A DNA stretch of 63,745 nucleotides, the filler included, from Collodictyon triciliatum (taxonomy: Eukaryota): assembly GCA_043381765.1 (NCBI GenBank). It is 4 parts of 4 records of this genome, joined end to end, with 100 filler letters (N's around TTAATTAATTAA, not from the genome) between each part and the next. Parts side by side here need not be neighbours in the genome. Positions count along the whole stretch, not along the records: positions 61,262 to 63,745 come from JBHJMP010001637.1; 3 more parts are not named here. One strand, 5' to 3'. A model generated the notes under the pieces. It searched no databases and was not told the DNA's origin. It was given only the letters and a program-made list of their open reading frames with translations. Positions 61,962 to 63,745 of this stretch are shown piece after piece (position 1 is the stretch's first letter; the number at the start of each line of letters is the position of its first letter). Both the position numbers and the translations under genes were made by a program.

Positions 61962-63509
61962 ATGCCACCAGAGAAAGGGTTATCATCTCATAGATACTTC
62001 ACCAGGTCCAAGATTGAGAGCTATCGAGGGGCAGGTCTGTGGTGAAAGTGTTTTAGCTCAAAATATCCCCCTCTCCTTAAGCCTTTTTGGTTGGCTATCG
62101 GCATCTTCTGATTTTGACTATTACCTCGTGCAGCATCTACTTATTGAACAGTTTTCGCAGCTGCTGATTATGTTAAGATAAATTTGTTTTCCAGGTATAT
62201 TGCCATACACAATCCACGAAAACAAAGTTGTTTTTTTACTGGGACAAGAACTTCGCAGAGTGGGCTCCAGAAACATTCTAACTTACTGCTGGAGTGACTT
62301 TGGAGGACAGCGCGAAGCGATGGATGATGTACGTAGTGTGAAAAAAAATTGAAAAAAAAAGAGGAAGAAGAAATCCACTGAGATTTATGGACGGGAATCG
62401 ATAATCATATTTTTATGACATATGTTGTTATTCTAAAATATTATACATGGTATTTTAAAAAATATCATATAGGATGATTTCATATTGACAGCTGCTCGAG
62501 AATTCAGCGAAGAAACATTTGGCTTGTTCACAGGAAGTGGCATGAATGAAGAGACGGTGCAACTGTCCATCAACCACTTTGTAAAAGTTATTAAAGGAAG
62601 AGAAGGTTGCCGGGGTTTTTTAATCGACGTCCTTCTTTCTTTTTCCTTGCAGTTATCATGTATTTTTACGATTTCTGATGTGATATCTGCTTAAAAAATA
62701 GTGCAGCCCTTTATCACATTTGGCAAAAATAATCATACTTATCATTGTAATCCGATTTTTTTCCTTATTCGGTTCAAAGAATTATAATCCGATGTTAATG
62801 TGCATAATGTAGGCATACATGTTTTTAACAACAACGGGTACAAGATGATTCTAGTCCCAACCATTTACATCGACCCGTTTTTCTTGAAGGTTGATGTTTT
62901 ATTGTTGTTGTTATTCTTGCTTGGATAAAATATTGTGGGTTTACGTATGTGCATTTCGTTGAGGCCATTTCTATCATAACTCTTCATCTTTTCCTTGCGA
63001 CAAGAGTAGGTTGCTGCTCAATCAAAACATTTGATCACTTCCTATGAAAAGCGAGACCTTACCTGGTTCAATGCGTCTCAACTGCTGGCTTCGCTCAACA
63101 GATACAAAAAGAAACAAAGTCAAGTTCGTGTACTGAAAATAGATGATTTGCTTTTCTTTATAAAACTTGAAATGTTATCTGAATAAATACCAAAGGAATG
63201 GAAATGAATATTCATGGGTTTAATCAATCCTCTTTGCTGGTTTTCTGCGCATCAGTTTATTTGAGATTGATAGATGCAGTTATGGGTATCTGTCTTTTTC
63301 TTCCTTTTTTTTTTCTATGTTGACTTTACACATGCATATATATATTCTATTAGGAACCAAGACGTGGCTGGAAGCCCTTCAAGGTATTCGCCACGAATGT
63401 TTGGCGTTCCTTTGAGTGCATCGAAGAAACGATGCAGCTGTTCCCCAGATTTAGATACACCTTGCTGGATAATATCGCCGAGTTCGCTGCTGTAATCTCA
63501 TACGATTGA
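61962..63509 (+). CDS. Nudix hydrolase, multi-exon
   Basis: Spliced MPPEKG...YRGAG|ILPYT..FLLGQE...WSDFGGQREAMDD|DDFILTAAREFSEETFG (Nudix box GX5EX7REUXEEXG-like), later EKRDLTWF and LFPRF; stop TGA at 63507-63509. Confidence 0.8.
62744..62793 (-). mobile_element. Micro-insertion of LINE 3' end with TSD, intronic
   Basis: ttttttccttattcggttcaaaga between attgtaatccgat (62744-62756) and attataatccgat (62781-62793). Confidence 0.8.
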
Positions 63510-63648
63510 ATCGAATGCATGAATTATGTCAAACACTTGAATGTCATAACATATTTCATATTCCATCGCTGTAAGTAGAGAAAGAAAGGAGAGAAAGAAA
63601 TCATTGCTCGTCAATGATGCATTCCAAAAAAAATTGCTTGTTTAACTT

Positions 63649-63681
<33 letters not shown>

Positions 63682-63745
63682 CGAAGGAAAAAAAAAAGAA
63701 AAATTAAAAAAAAAAAAACCCCCGCAAAATAGTGCCCGACTAAAA

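Noticed and set aside
63505-63520. TTGAATCGAAT partial match to the micro-insert core
   Set aside because: No AAAG tail or TSD, and it overlaps the Nudix stop codon; likely chance.

Overview
Intron-rich eukaryotic DNA from a scaffolded assembly, probably an amoeboid or other free-living protist (taxon cannot be fixed from sequence alone). It has one N gap and three artificial N44-TTAATTAATTAA-N44 spacers. Left to right: two tandem LRR + Cys-rich + multi-pass TM receptor genes (one intact, one disrupted) whose central LRRs are each on a separate 69-nt phase-1 exon, separated by a decayed L1/Tx1-type LINE; RPA1 (cut by a spacer); INTS11; proteasome beta-3; a SYS1/TMEM244-like gene; a probably catalytically dead C5 DNA methyltransferase fused to a low-complexity N-terminus; a DUF4114 secreted protein (cut by a spacer); ubiquitin-S27a; a Spo11/Top6A homolog; PDH E1-alpha; mitochondrial Hsp60; a GT37-like fucosyltransferase; an intron-containing tRNA-Tyr; and a Nudix hydrolase. 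The most striking unannotated signal is a dispersed family of ultra-short (about 23-50 bp) insertions. They consist only of the LINE's extreme 3' end (CTTTGAATCGAATAAAG plus a purine/A-rich tail), and most are flanked by their own 11-19 bp target-site duplication. Exon structures were derived by hand, so some boundaries are approximate.
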